Assembly: GCA_050290185.1 (NCBI GenBank)
Contig: JBNKHE010000006.1
Location: 96,001-160,000, forward strand
Reading direction: 5' to 3'
DNA from: Pontiella sp.
GTDB taxonomy: Bacteria > Verrucomicrobiota > Kiritimatiellia > Kiritimatiellales > Pontiellaceae
Length of the DNA: 64,000 nucleotides
Shown: positions 51,071-61,104 of the stretch, piece after piece
How the letters are laid out: each line of letters begins with the position of its first letter
Position numbering within the stretch: the stretch's first letter is position 1
The notes under the pieces: model-generated
Databases searched by the model: none
What the model was told of the DNA's origin: nothing
What the model saw: the letters and a program-made list of their open reading frames with translations, nothing else
Made by a program: the position numbers and the translations under genes

Positions 51071-52075
51071 ATGAAAAAACCGTACATTCTCATCGCCGTG
51101 CTGCTTTGGTCGGGTACTGCCTTTTCCGAATATCCGGAACTTACCGCTATCAAACAGCATTCCGCAAAAAAACTGCCCAGCTATGCCGATAGGCTGACTG
51201 CTGTAGATTCAAAATTCGAAGGCGTGATCGGCGTCGGGGAATCGCTTCGGAAATTTACGCCCACAAGCAATATCGCCGACTTCACCAGCCGGTCGAAAGA
51301 CTACTGGCGGGCAACCATGGAAATGAGCTCGACCGACCCCTCGATACTCCTGGCCAAAGCCTATATGTACATGATGCAAGGGAAGATCTCATGGGGGGAA
51401 CGCTATTTGTTTCTTGCATCTCTTTCCATGGATGATCGGTTCAAGGATGAGCTCAAGACCTATTCCGCATTGCAGGAAAAGCTTACCAAACGGCTGGTTG
51501 CAGATATGAACAAAGGCATCGCGCTCCACGATCAAGGGGAATACGACAAGGCGCTGGAAGTGTACGATGCCGTTCTCAAGGAATATCCCGAATGCGCATG
51601 GGCCTGGTACGAAAAGGGATTCGTGTACCTCACCATGCGCACACAGGAACCAGAGAAGGACGCCGGGGACGAAGAACCGGGAAAGGACGCCGCCCCGGAA
51701 AAAACCGACGACAAAGCCAAACCGTCCGAAGCTGATAAAGCCGCCGAAATGTATGCCCGCTGTCGCCAGTGCGATCCGTTCTATTGGAAGGCCTACCAAG
51801 GTAATGACCAGACGGTTATTTCCAAACTGCTACCGGTCATGAAAGCCTGCTCGTTTCTCGAAGGCGATGCCTCCGGTATTAAAGGATTTCAGGAATTTGC
51901 CCAAGGTTGCCACGATGCTGGACTCTATGATTTCGCCGCGCAAGCCGAATGGATACTCGCCCTCTACGACGCTGGATCGTCCAAGAATCATCTAAAGGCG
52001 TTTCTCGACGACTTGGATAAACTGGGCTTGAAAGAGGTCGATTTCTTCCGGAAGCAATTCAAGCTCGACGATTAG
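51071..52075 (+). CDS. Exported tetratricopeptide-repeat protein
   Basis: Signal peptide; TPR KGIALHDQGEYDKALEVYDAVLKEYPECAWAWYEKG. Confidence 0.8.
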   Translation: MKKPYILIAVLLWSGTAFSEYPELTAIKQHSAKKLPSYADRLTAVDSKFEGVIGVGESLRKFTPTSNIADFTSRSKDYWRATMEMSSTDPSILLAKAYMYMMQGKISWGERYLFLASLSMDDRFKDELKTYSALQEKLTKRLVADMNKGIALHDQGEYDKALEVYDAVLKEYPECAWAWYEKGFVYLTMRTQEPEKDAGDEEPGKDAAPEKTDDKAKPSEADKAAEMYARCRQCDPFYWKAYQGNDQTVISKLLPVMKACSFLEGDASGIKGFQEFAQGCHDAGLYDFAAQAEWILALYDAGSSKNHLKAFLDDLDKLGLKEVDFFRKQFKLDD

Positions 52076-52097
52076 GCCAGACGGTCGAAAACCTGCA

Positions 52098-52133
52098 CAA
52101 AAAACGCCCTCCCGCAGAAGCGGGAAGGCGTTT
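52098..52133. terminator. Probable bidirectional terminator
   Basis: aaaaaacgccctcccgc-agaa-gcgggaaggcgttt between convergent genes. Confidence 0.8.
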
Positions 52134-52156
52134 GCATTGCAAATATATACCGCGGA

Positions 52157-53629
52157 TTAGAGCGACTTCATGTTGCTCATGGCGGCGCGCAGCTCTTCGC
52201 CGATGATTTCCACTTCGTGGTAGCGGATTTCGGCGTTTACTTCGACGAGCGTCTTGTTGTCGACCTTGTTGTCCGCCAGTTCGAGGCCCTTGCCGATAAC
52301 GTCGGTGCCAACCTTGGACATGAAATCCTTCAGCAGCGGAACGGCGGCGTGCGAGAAGAGGTAGCAGCCGTATTCAGCCGTGTCGGAAATAATGCGGTTC
52401 ATTTCAAACAGCTTCTTGCGCGCAATCGTGTTGGCGATGAGCGGCGTTTCGTGGAGCGATTCGTAGTAGGCCGATTCCGGCTTGATGCCGACTTCAACCA
52501 TCGCTTCGTACGCCAGTTCGACGCCGGCCTTGACCATGGCGACCATCAGGATGCCCTTGTCGAAATATTCCTGCTCGCTGATTTCAGCAGCGGTAGGCTC
52601 GGTCTTTTCGAAGGCCGTCTCGCCGGTCTCCTTGCGCCACGTCAGCAGCTTGACGTCGTCGTTGGCCCAGTCTTCCATCATGGTGCTGGAAAACACGCCG
52701 GTGATGATGTCGTCCATGTGCTTTTCAAACAGCGGGCGCATGATGATCTTCAGCTCCTCGGCCAGGTCGAACGCCTTGATCTTGGCCGGGTTGGAAAGGC
52801 GGTCCATCATGTTGGTGATGCCCCCCTGCTTGAGCGCTTCGGTAATCGTTTCCCAGCCATATTGGATGAACTTCGCGGTCCAGCCTGTATCTACGCCTTC
52901 GGCGACCATCTTGTCGAAGCAGAGGATCGAACCGGCCTGCAACAGACCGCAGAGAATGGTCTGCTCGCCCATGAGGTCGGATTTCACTTCGGCAACAAAA
53001 TTGGATTCCAGCACGCCGGCGTGGTGCCCGCCCTGGGCAACGGCAAGTGCTTTTGCGAGTTCCATGCCGTCGCCATTCGGATCGTTTTCGCGGTGGCAGG
53101 CAATCAGCGTCGGAACACCAAAGCCGCGCTTATATTCTTCGCGCACTTCGGAACCGGGTGATTTCGGGGCAACCATGATCACGGTCAGGTCCTTGCGGAT
53201 GAGCGTGCCTTCTTCAACAATGTTGAAGCCGTGGGCATAGCAGAAGGTCGCGCCCTGCTTCATCAGCGGAACAACGGTTTCAACGACGTTGGTGTGCTGT
53301 TTGTCGGGGGCGAGGTTCATGACGATGTCGGCGGTCGGAAGCATTTCCTCATAGGTGCCGACGCTAAACCCGTTTTCGGAAGCGTTGAGGTAGGACTGGC
53401 GTTTTTCCGTGATGGCGGCGGCGCGCAGGGTGTAGGAAACGTCGAGGCCGCTGTCACGCATGTTGAGACCCTGGTTCAGGCCTTGGGCGCCGCATCCGAC
53501 GATGACGATCTTCTTGCCCTTGGCATATTCGCATCCATTGGCGAACTCGGCGGCATCCATGAAGCGGCAGGTGCCGATTTCTTCAAGCTTCAGACGCATC
53601 GGAAGCGTATTGAAATAATTTTGTCCCAT
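52157..53629 (-). CDS. ilvC: Ketol-acid reductoisomerase, long (class II) form, 490 aa
   Basis: [38 protein letters not shown], duplicated knot domain [10 protein letters not shown]. Confidence 0.97.
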   Translation of the reverse strand: MGQNYFNTLPMRLKLEEIGTCRFMDAAEFANGCEYAKGKKIVIVGCGAQGLNQGLNMRDSGLDVSYTLRAAAITEKRQSYLNASENGFSVGTYEEMLPTADIVMNLAPDKQHTNVVETVVPLMKQGATFCYAHGFNIVEEGTLIRKDLTVIMVAPKSPGSEVREEYKRGFGVPTLIACHRENDPNGDGMELAKALAVAQGGHHAGVLESNFVAEVKSDLMGEQTILCGLLQAGSILCFDKMVAEGVDTGWTAKFIQYGWETITEALKQGGITNMMDRLSNPAKIKAFDLAEELKIIMRPLFEKHMDDIITGVFSSTMMEDWANDDVKLLTWRKETGETAFEKTEPTAAEISEQEYFDKGILMVAMVKAGVELAYEAMVEVGIKPESAYYESLHETPLIANTIARKKLFEMNRIISDTAEYGCYLFSHAAVPLLKDFMSKVGTDVIGKGLELADNKVDNKTLVEVNAEIRYHEVEIIGEELRAAMSNMKSL

Positions 53630-53679
53630 TGTTTTCTCCTTGGTTAATTCGAACGCGCGGAACCTACTCCAAATCACAC

Positions 53680-53727
53680 GTTGCGTAAATTGAATTATTT
53701 GGGATATAGTATTGCGATTTTCGAAAT
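53680..53727. promoter_or_regulatory. Tandem IlvY operators (O2/O1-like)
   Basis: gttgcgtaaattgaa (53680-53694) and attgcgattttcgaaat (53711-53727): LysR T-N11-A boxes 31 bp apart between ilvC and ilvY. Confidence 0.7.
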
Positions 53728-53853
53728 AAAAAAAGGCGTGAGCCGTGACGATTGAAACGTGATCTGGGGGGAATTCACGCTTCATGGCTCAATCATCACG
53801 GAATCACGGTCATGGAATTGATCTTCGTGGCTACACAAAACCGAGGAGATGTC

Positions 53854-54717
53854 GTGGATATTGCTGCATTGGAAACCTTCATCAAAACGGCGGAACTGCT
53901 GCATTTCGGCCGGGCAAGCCGGGCTTGCAACCTGAGCCCGTCGGCACTCACGCGTACCATCCAGCGGCTGGAAGAGGAGGTCGGGCAGATGCTCTTCATC
54001 CGCGATAACCGCAGCGTAGCACTGACTGAAGCAGGCAACCAGCTGCTTACGTATGCTCGCAGTGCCGTCCTGGAATGGCAGCATTTCCAGGGATCTCTTG
54101 CTCCCCGGGAGGAGGTTGCGGGTGCGATTTCGGTCTACGCCTCCATCACCGCGGTTTACAGCCTGTTGCCCGATCTGCTCGAAGCGTACCGGTCGGCCTA
54201 TCCCGACGTGCAACTGGCGCTGCGGACCGGCGCCGCTGAACGGGCTATCGAGCAGCTGATGAGCGGGGAAATCGATCTGGCCATTGCCGCCCTGCCCGAT
54301 ACCAAGCAGACCCAGCTGGAATTCATGCCGCTGGCGGAAACACCGCTGGTGTTTATCGCGCCGAAATCATCGGATCCAATACGACGAAAACTGGACCTGT
54401 CGAAAGAGCCGCTGGTGGTACCGCAATCCGGTGTGGCGCGGAACCGGCTGGATGCATGGCTGCGGCGCAACCATGTCGTCCCCAACATTTCCACGGAGGT
54501 TTCTGGAAATGAAGCCCTGATTGCCATGGTCCGCCTGGGCGCCGGAACGGGAATCGTGCCGCAACTCGCCCTGGAGCGCAGTCCTTTCCGCGATGACGTG
54601 AACATTATTGCAAACGCCCCCAAACTTGACCCCTACGTCGTCGGCCTCTGCTCCAGCAAACGCAACCTCAAGCGGCCTGCCGTCAAAGCTATTTGGGAAT
54701 TGGCGGCATCCCTCTAA
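53854..54717 (+). CDS. ilvY: LysR family activator IlvY
   Basis: LHFGRASRACNLSPSALTRTIQRLEEEVG..LFIRDNRSV, ASITAVYS, VSGNEALIAMVRLG; divergent from ilvC. Confidence 0.9.
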   Translation: MDIAALETFIKTAELLHFGRASRACNLSPSALTRTIQRLEEEVGQMLFIRDNRSVALTEAGNQLLTYARSAVLEWQHFQGSLAPREEVAGAISVYASITAVYSLLPDLLEAYRSAYPDVQLALRTGAAERAIEQLMSGEIDLAIAALPDTKQTQLEFMPLAETPLVFIAPKSSDPIRRKLDLSKEPLVVPQSGVARNRLDAWLRRNHVVPNISTEVSGNEALIAMVRLGAGTGIVPQLALERSPFRDDVNIIANAPKLDPYVVGLCSSKRNLKRPAVKAIWELAASL

Positions 54718-54822
54718 AAAACGGGACATGGCCCTCCCCGGAAAAGGTAGAGCACGCTCTCCGGGCGAGCCGCACGCACGCAATGCCGTCGCACGAAGCT
54801 ACCGAACCGATCCTGCGGGCGT

Positions 54823-55164
54823 CTAGCCGATGGCTTCGGTGCCCTTCTCCCCGGTGCGGATCCGGATGCATTCCGGCAGATCGAGAACGAAAATCTTTCC
54901 ATCCCCGATGTTGCCGGTGCGAGCTCCCTTGATGATCGCATCGGTCGTGGCTTCGACAAATTCAGCGTTTACCGCGATCTCGAGACGAACCTTCTTGAGC
55001 AGGTTCACTTCGACGTCCGTGCCGCGGTAGGTCTCATGATAGCCCTTCTGCTGACCACATCCCAGCGCGTTGGTGACGGACATCTTGTAGACTTCGGCCT
55101 CGTACAGGGCCTGTTTGACCTCGTTGAGGGCTTCGGGCTGTATGTATGCAATAATCAGCTTCAT
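54823..55164 (-). CDS. P-II family nitrogen regulator
   Basis: [11 protein letters not shown]-loop [32 protein letters not shown]. Confidence 0.95.
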   Translation of the reverse strand: MKLIIAYIQPEALNEVKQALYEAEVYKMSVTNALGCGQQKGYHETYRGTDVEVNLLKKVRLEIAVNAEFVEATTDAIIKGARTGNIGDGKIFVLDLPECIRIRTGEKGTEAIG

Positions 55165-55356
55165 ATCCAACATCCTTTGTCGTTTGGTTTATAAGTGGTC
55201 AAGTGCCAGTCAGGCTTCTGCAATGGAGGAGGCTTAACACCTAAACCCTCCTTCTTAACACTCCCTATACATGGGTAAAGAGCAACCATCCATATGTAGA
55301 TCAGGAAACCATTCCTGTCCATATCCGAAGGACGGAACAAATGTCCGACCGGGAAC

Positions 55357-57633
55357 TCAGGCCAGGACTTCAGGGGCCAGGTTTTGATCGATAAGAAAAG
55401 CCTCGATTTCGCTGATCCGGCCAAGGTCAAGCATCTGATTGGCGATCGCCTCGGCATCCTGCAGCCGGATAGAGCCTACCAACCGCTGCACGGTAGGCGC
55501 ATTGACGATATCGATACTGAACTTCCGCAGGCCAACGCCCAACAGAAATGGAAGCAAGCGGTTATCGGCTGAAAGATCCCCGCAAATGGAAACATCCTTG
55601 TTCTGGGTTTTTGCAGCAGCAACAATCCGGTTGATGGCCCGCAGGATCGCCGGATGGTGGGCCAGGTAGAGACTGGACACCTTTTCGTTGGTCCGGTCGA
55701 CCGCAAGCATGTACTGGATGAGATCGTTGGATCCGATGGAGAGAAAATCAGCTTCCTGAGCCAGCTCATCGATAACCTCCACGGCCGAAGGAAGTTCCAC
55801 CATAACACCCAGTTGGGTCTCCCGGTTGAACGGAATCCCGCCGGCTTCGAGCTCATCCATGCATTCGTAGACGATATCCCGGGCCGCCAGAAAATCATCC
55901 ACCGATGAAACCAGCGGAAACATGATCCGGGTATCGCTTTCCGCTCCGGCACGCAGAAAAGCGCGCAACTGGTCGCAGAAAATATCCTTGTTCTGCAACG
56001 AAAAGCGGATGGCACGCATGCCGAGAAACGGGTTGGCCTCGCTGACGTGCGAATAGTAGGAGAGCATCTTGTCCCCGCCGATATCCAGCGTGCGGAAGGT
56101 TACGCTTCGGCCTACCATCTGATCCACCAGCTTCTTGTAGATCAGATACTGCTCCTCCTCGCTCGGGAAGTCGGTGCGCACGATAAACGGAAATTCGGAG
56201 CGGTAGAGCCCCACGCCTTCGGCCTTGAACTTATGGGCAGGCTTGAGGTCGCTCAACAGATTGATGTTGGCATAGATATGCACGCGTTCACCGCATTTTG
56301 TCAGGGTTTTTTCCTGCACGTCGGCGGCATCGTGCAAGGCTTGCCAGGCCTCATCCAGCTCCTTGTATTTGCGCTGGACCTCGTCGGTTGGTTCGAGATA
56401 GATAATCCCCTGCTCGCCATCGACCAGCATCTCGATGCCTTCCTCGATGGCATCGGCCTCCTCGCGGCTGATGGAGACCATGGGGATACCCAGTGAGCGG
56501 CTGATGATGGCGTTGTGCGAGGTTACCCCGCTACTGACAATGAAGCCCTCGACGTTTTCGGCCGACAATTTAAGGATATCGGACGGCAGCAGCTCGTGAG
56601 CGATGATGATCTGGCCGCGATAGTCGCAGGCGTCGGCTTCCTCATTGAGCAGGTTGCGCGTAAGGCGGGTTCCCAGGTCTTTTACGTCGATCACCTTTTC
56701 GCGAATCATCGGCATCTTGCTTTTGGAGAACACCTCGACATATTCGTTGACCACTCCCGCAATCGCCTTAACAGCAGGCGTGCCGGTTTCAATCAGGCCG
56801 GCAATGCGGCCGGTAAACTGCTTATCCTCGAGGATGAGCAGGTGGGCGCTGAAAATGAGTACGGCGACGTCGGCCAGCTCGGTCGAGGTCTGGCGCTGCA
56901 GTTGCTCGATCTGGCGCATCGTTTTATCGAGCGCCTTGTTGAAATCATCCAGGGTATGCGGCGACGCATCAGGGTCGGGCAGCAGGCAGGCATCGGCATC
57001 GTTTGCATCCAGCGTACAGGCCCGCCCCCGGGCCGTTCCCGTGCTCGCAGCCCGCCCCCGCAGGATGTCCCCCTTGCCCATCTTCCTGATGGCCGGCGCC
57101 TCTTCTACCAGCGCCCGTTCGCGAACCTCGCTCAACAGCTGGACATTCTCGATCATCGTCGCCAGCTGGGCCGCAATGGCCCGCAGAGCCTTCACGTCGT
57201 TCGGGGTAAAATAGTTGGTTTCCTTCGCCTGGACCACCAGAGCGCCGATTCTTCTCAAACCGCGAAGGATCGGCACGGCCAGAAACGCTTCGTATTCCTC
57301 TTCATGAATGCCCGGGAAAAACTTGTAGGAGGCGCTCTTGGAGGCGCTCCCAACGCAGATGGGGCGCAATTCACGGATCGCCCGGCCGGTAATCCCCTCC
57401 CCCACGGCCAGCTTGACGGTTCCAATGGCGCCTTCATCCAGGCCCTGGGTGGCGCGCAGGGTCAGCTCCTTGTGCTCCTCGTCATAAATGTAGATCGAGC
57501 AAACATCGGCCTGCATATGCCTGGCAACCGTCGTCACCACGGTTTGCAACAACACCTTGCGGTCCTGTCCTTCTTCGGCCAAGGACATCAGCTCGGCGAT
57601 ATCGCATACGAGATCTACATTCCGTTTTTTCAT
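55357..57633 (-). CDS. ptsP: GAF-domain PEP-protein phosphotransferase (EI-Ntr)
   Basis: N-terminal GAF, TSHNAII phospho-His, GVGLYRSEF, RTLDIGGDK, EANPFLGMRAIR, SIGSNDLIQY. Confidence 0.93.
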   Translation of the reverse strand: MKKRNVDLVCDIAELMSLAEEGQDRKVLLQTVVTTVARHMQADVCSIYIYDEEHKELTLRATQGLDEGAIGTVKLAVGEGITGRAIRELRPICVGSASKSASYKFFPGIHEEEYEAFLAVPILRGLRRIGALVVQAKETNYFTPNDVKALRAIAAQLATMIENVQLLSEVRERALVEEAPAIRKMGKGDILRGRAASTGTARGRACTLDANDADACLLPDPDASPHTLDDFNKALDKTMRQIEQLQRQTSTELADVAVLIFSAHLLILEDKQFTGRIAGLIETGTPAVKAIAGVVNEYVEVFSKSKMPMIREKVIDVKDLGTRLTRNLLNEEADACDYRGQIIIAHELLPSDILKLSAENVEGFIVSSGVTSHNAIISRSLGIPMVSISREEADAIEEGIEMLVDGEQGIIYLEPTDEVQRKYKELDEAWQALHDAADVQEKTLTKCGERVHIYANINLLSDLKPAHKFKAEGVGLYRSEFPFIVRTDFPSEEEQYLIYKKLVDQMVGRSVTFRTLDIGGDKMLSYYSHVSEANPFLGMRAIRFSLQNKDIFCDQLRAFLRAGAESDTRIMFPLVSSVDDFLAARDIVYECMDELEAGGIPFNRETQLGVMVELPSAVEVIDELAQEADFLSIGSNDLIQYMLAVDRTNEKVSSLYLAHHPAILRAINRIVAAAKTQNKDVSICGDLSADNRLLPFLLGVGLRKFSIDIVNAPTVQRLVGSIRLQDAEAIANQMLDLGRISEIEAFLIDQNLAPEVLA

Positions 57634-57771
57634 ATGTCTCCAACTCACTTAACAGGGTAACAGCATATCCGGCATTTCGAGGCGTGTCAAAAAATAGAGA
57701 TTGTCCAATTTACGAATCGACCTTGCCCAACGCCTTCCCTACTATTTTGTCCTTAAAAAGCCGGAAATTCT

Positions 57772-60700
57772 ATGAACAAGCCCTCTGCAGAAAAGCTGCT
57801 CGAAATCTACCGTTCCATGATCGCCTCGCGCTATACCGACCAGTTGCAGTCGGCCGCCGCGCAAAGGGGCGAAGTTTTCTTCTATATTCCTTCGTCCGGG
57901 CACGAAGCCAGCGCCGCGCTCAACGCGCACCTGATCGGGGCCGACTGGCTGCACCTGCACTACCGCGACCGCGCCCTGGCCTACGCCCGCGGCGTCACGT
58001 ACGAATCCGTATTCTACGGCCTGTTCTCCAAAGAGGAATCCAATTCCGGCGGCCGGCGCATGCCCGCCTTCCCGTGCGATCCCGAATTGAATATACTGAG
58101 CACCCCGACTCTGGTCGGAAGCAACGTGCTGCAGGCGGTCGGCGTGGCATCGGAAATCAAAGATCTGGACGGCAACCCGTTCGTGACGGTATCGGTCGGC
58201 GACGGAGCCACCCAGCAGGGCGACTTCTACGAAGCCATCGCCGAGGCCGTCCGCGCCAACCTTCCGGTGCTGTTTCTGATCGAGGACAACCGCTTTGCGC
58301 TTTCCACCGTGACCAAAGGCAATACCTTCTACTCCCTGCCCGGCGGGGAAACCGAAAGCTTCTACGGCCTGCCCATTCACCGGGTTGACGGTAGCGACGC
58401 CATGGCCACCTATGAAACGTTTGGCGACGTCGCTTCAACGATTCGTGCATCGCGCGGACCGCAGATTGTGGTCTTCAACGTCGAGCGGCTCGAAAGCCAC
58501 ACCAATGCCGACGACCAGTCCATGTACCGTACCGAGGCCGACCTGAAACATGCCAAGGACAATGCCGACCCCTGCGCCCGCCTGCGCGAAGCCATGCTGG
58601 CCGACGGCATTGACGAGGCACAGGTTAAAGCGATCGAGGACGAGGTCAAGGACGCCATCGACGCGGCTTTTCACACCGCCCGCAAGGGAACTACGCCCAA
58701 GGCGAGCCTTACGGCCAAGAAACCGCTTCCCGAACCGCGCGTGGAATACCGCGGCACCGATGACGCCCGTACCTTGAGCATGCTCGAAGCCATGCGCGAG
58801 GCCCTCAAGGCCCGCCTGGCGAGCGACCCACGAACCTCCTTGCTCGGGCAGGACATCGAAGATCCAAAGGGCGATGTCTTCGGTCTCACCCGCGGTTTGA
58901 GCAAGGCATATCCCGATCAGGTCCACAATGCGGCGTTAGCCGAAAACACGATTCTCGGCGTCTCTACCGGTCAGGCGCTGGCCGGCGGCCATCCCGTCGC
59001 CTTCATGCAGTTTGCCGACTTCCTGCCGGTGGCCTACAACCAGATCCTTTCCGAAATCGGCGCCATGTACTGGCGGACCAACGGCCAGTGGGAAGCGCCC
59101 GTGCTGATGATGTCGATCTGCGGCGGCTACCGTCCGGGCCTCGGCCCCTACCACGCCCAAACCATGGAATCGATCTGCGCCCACGTCCCGGGCGTCGATG
59201 TCTTTATGCCTTCGACGGCCGCCGACGCCGCCGGCCTGCTCAACGCCATTTCCGAATCGGGACGCCCGTCGGTCTTCCTCTTCCCGAAGAGCCTGATCAA
59301 CGACCGCACCAACACGACCTCTGCCGATGTTGAAAAGCAGTATGTGCCCATCGGCAAGGCACGAATCACACGCACCGGACAGGATATTACCCTCGTGAGC
59401 TGGGGCGGATCCATGCCGGTATGCGAACGCACGGCCGAAGCCCTTGCCGAAACCGGCATTAACGCTGAAATCATCGATCTGCGCACCATCTTCCCGTGGG
59501 ACGAGGAAGCCGTATTGGCCTCCGCGAAAAAGACCGGCAAGCTCGTTATCGTGCACGAAGACAACCAGACCGCCGGCATGGGCGGCGAAATTGCGGCCAC
59601 CATCGCCGAACGCGCCGGTAACGCGGTACAGATCGCCCGCGTCACGCGGCCCGATACCTACATCCCCTACGACTATTCCTGCCAGATCGAGGTGCTGCCG
59701 TCCTACAAGCGCACCCTCGAAAAGTGCTGCGAGCTGCTCGACATCGACATTCATTGGGATAAGCCCGTGGAAGAGGAAGCCGGAACCGTCACCGTCAAGG
59801 CGATCGGCTCCAGCCCGTCGGACGAAACCATCACGATCACCAGCCTCCCCATAAGCGTCGGCGATACCATTGCCGAGGGCGATCTGATTGCGTCGGTTGA
59901 AGCCGACAAAGCGTCGATGGATATTTCCGCCCCGGTCAGCGGCACGATTTCGGAGTTGCTTGCAGAAGAAGGCGATGTGCTACGCGTCGGAACACCGATG
60001 GTCAGGATTGCATCCGACGAGGCGGCCCAGCTGAAGCCGCTGACCAAGGAAGATCCCGGCACCCCGGTCATGGAACGCCGCCGCGCGGCTGAAGCACAGC
60101 CGGCCCCGGACAGGAGCGATATCCATCCCGCCCTTTCAAACTCCATATACATTTCCAATATCGCCACCGTCTTTGGCTCGCGCCACCTCACCAACGACGA
60201 GCTGCTGCAGGGCCATGGCGAATGGGATTCGGAAGCGATCCGCAAGCGAACGGGCATCGAAAACCGCTACTGGATTGACGGAGATGAAAACGTGCTGTCG
60301 CTGGCGGTCAAAGCCACCCGCAACCTGCTTGCAAAGGAACAGCTCCACATTTCCGATATCGGCGCAATTATCTGCTCAACCGGCACGCCACTGGTCATGA
60401 CGCCTTCGCTGGCCTGTAGCGTTCTGCACGAACTCAGCCCGGAAAAGGGCGAAGTACTGATGCAGGCACATGACGTCAACGCCGCCTGCTCCGGCTACAT
60501 GTATGCCCTGCAGTCGGCATTCGACTTCCTGACCAACGCCCCCGACAAGAAGGTGATTGTCATCACCGCCGAAACGCTCTCGCCCATGGTCAACCACGAT
60601 GACCAGAAAACCATGGCCCTGTTTGGCGATGCAGCGACGGCATCACTGGTCAGCTGCGAAAAACGTCCGGGCGATATCGGCGTCAAACTCAACCGCCCGG

Positions 60701-61104
60701 TACTCTCTGCAACGGGCGTGGATGCAAAGGTCCTCTATGTCCCGAACATGGGCAGCGGCGAAGTGATCGAGATGGAAGGGCTGACCGTCTTCAAGCTGGC
60801 CGTGCGCAAAATGATCGACATGCTCGACCTGGCCTGCCAGGAACGCGGCATCACGGTCGAGGATCTGCAGAAGATCGTGCCGCACCAGGCCAACGAACGC
60901 ATCATCGAGGCCATCCGCAAGACGATCAAATGCCCGTCGGAAAAGATGTTCAACCATATCCGCAAGTACGGAAACACCTCGTCGAACACGATTCCGATCG
61001 CGCTCGCCGAGCTGGTCCCCGAACTGGACTCCGACACGCTGATCGGCCTCACCGCCTTCGGCGGCGGATTCACCTTTGGCGCCGCGGTGATCGAGAAGGT
61101 TTAG
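57772..61104 (+). CDS. Fusion: 2-oxoacid dehydrogenase E1alpha, E1beta, lipoyl domain and beta-ketoacyl-ACP synthase III
   Basis: ThDP motif GDGATQQG...IEDN; E1beta LAENTILG, QFADF, GPYHAQ, IIDLRT, VHED; lipoyl VEADKA; KAS III RKRTGI..R, AACSG, PHQAN, YGNTSS, AFGGGFTFG. Confidence 0.93.
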   Translation: MNKPSAEKLLEIYRSMIASRYTDQLQSAAAQRGEVFFYIPSSGHEASAALNAHLIGADWLHLHYRDRALAYARGVTYESVFYGLFSKEESNSGGRRMPAFPCDPELNILSTPTLVGSNVLQAVGVASEIKDLDGNPFVTVSVGDGATQQGDFYEAIAEAVRANLPVLFLIEDNRFALSTVTKGNTFYSLPGGETESFYGLPIHRVDGSDAMATYETFGDVASTIRASRGPQIVVFNVERLESHTNADDQSMYRTEADLKHAKDNADPCARLREAMLADGIDEAQVKAIEDEVKDAIDAAFHTARKGTTPKASLTAKKPLPEPRVEYRGTDDARTLSMLEAMREALKARLASDPRTSLLGQDIEDPKGDVFGLTRGLSKAYPDQVHNAALAENTILGVSTGQALAGGHPVAFMQFADFLPVAYNQILSEIGAMYWRTNGQWEAPVLMMSICGGYRPGLGPYHAQTMESICAHVPGVDVFMPSTAADAAGLLNAISESGRPSVFLFPKSLINDRTNTTSADVEKQYVPIGKARITRTGQDITLVSWGGSMPVCERTAEALAETGINAEIIDLRTIFPWDEEAVLASAKKTGKLVIVHEDNQTAGMGGEIAATIAERAGNAVQIARVTRPDTYIPYDYSCQIEVLPSYKRTLEKCCELLDIDIHWDKPVEEEAGTVTVKAIGSSPSDETITITSLPISVGDTIAEGDLIASVEADKASMDISAPVSGTISELLAEEGDVLRVGTPMVRIASDEAAQLKPLTKEDPGTPVMERRRAAEAQPAPDRSDIHPALSNSIYISNIATVFGSRHLTNDELLQGHGEWDSEAIRKRTGIENRYWIDGDENVLSLAVKATRNLLAKEQLHISDIGAIICSTGTPLVMTPSLACSVLHELSPEKGEVLMQAHDVNAACSGYMYALQSAFDFLTNAPDKKVIVITAETLSPMVNHDDQKTMALFGDAATASLVSCEKRPGDIGVKLNRPVLSATGVDAKVLYVPNMGSGEVIEMEGLTVFKLAVRKMIDMLDLACQERGITVEDLQKIVPHQANERIIEAIRKTIKCPSEKMFNHIRKYGNTSSNTIPIALAELVPELDSDTLIGLTAFGGGFTFGAAVIEKV

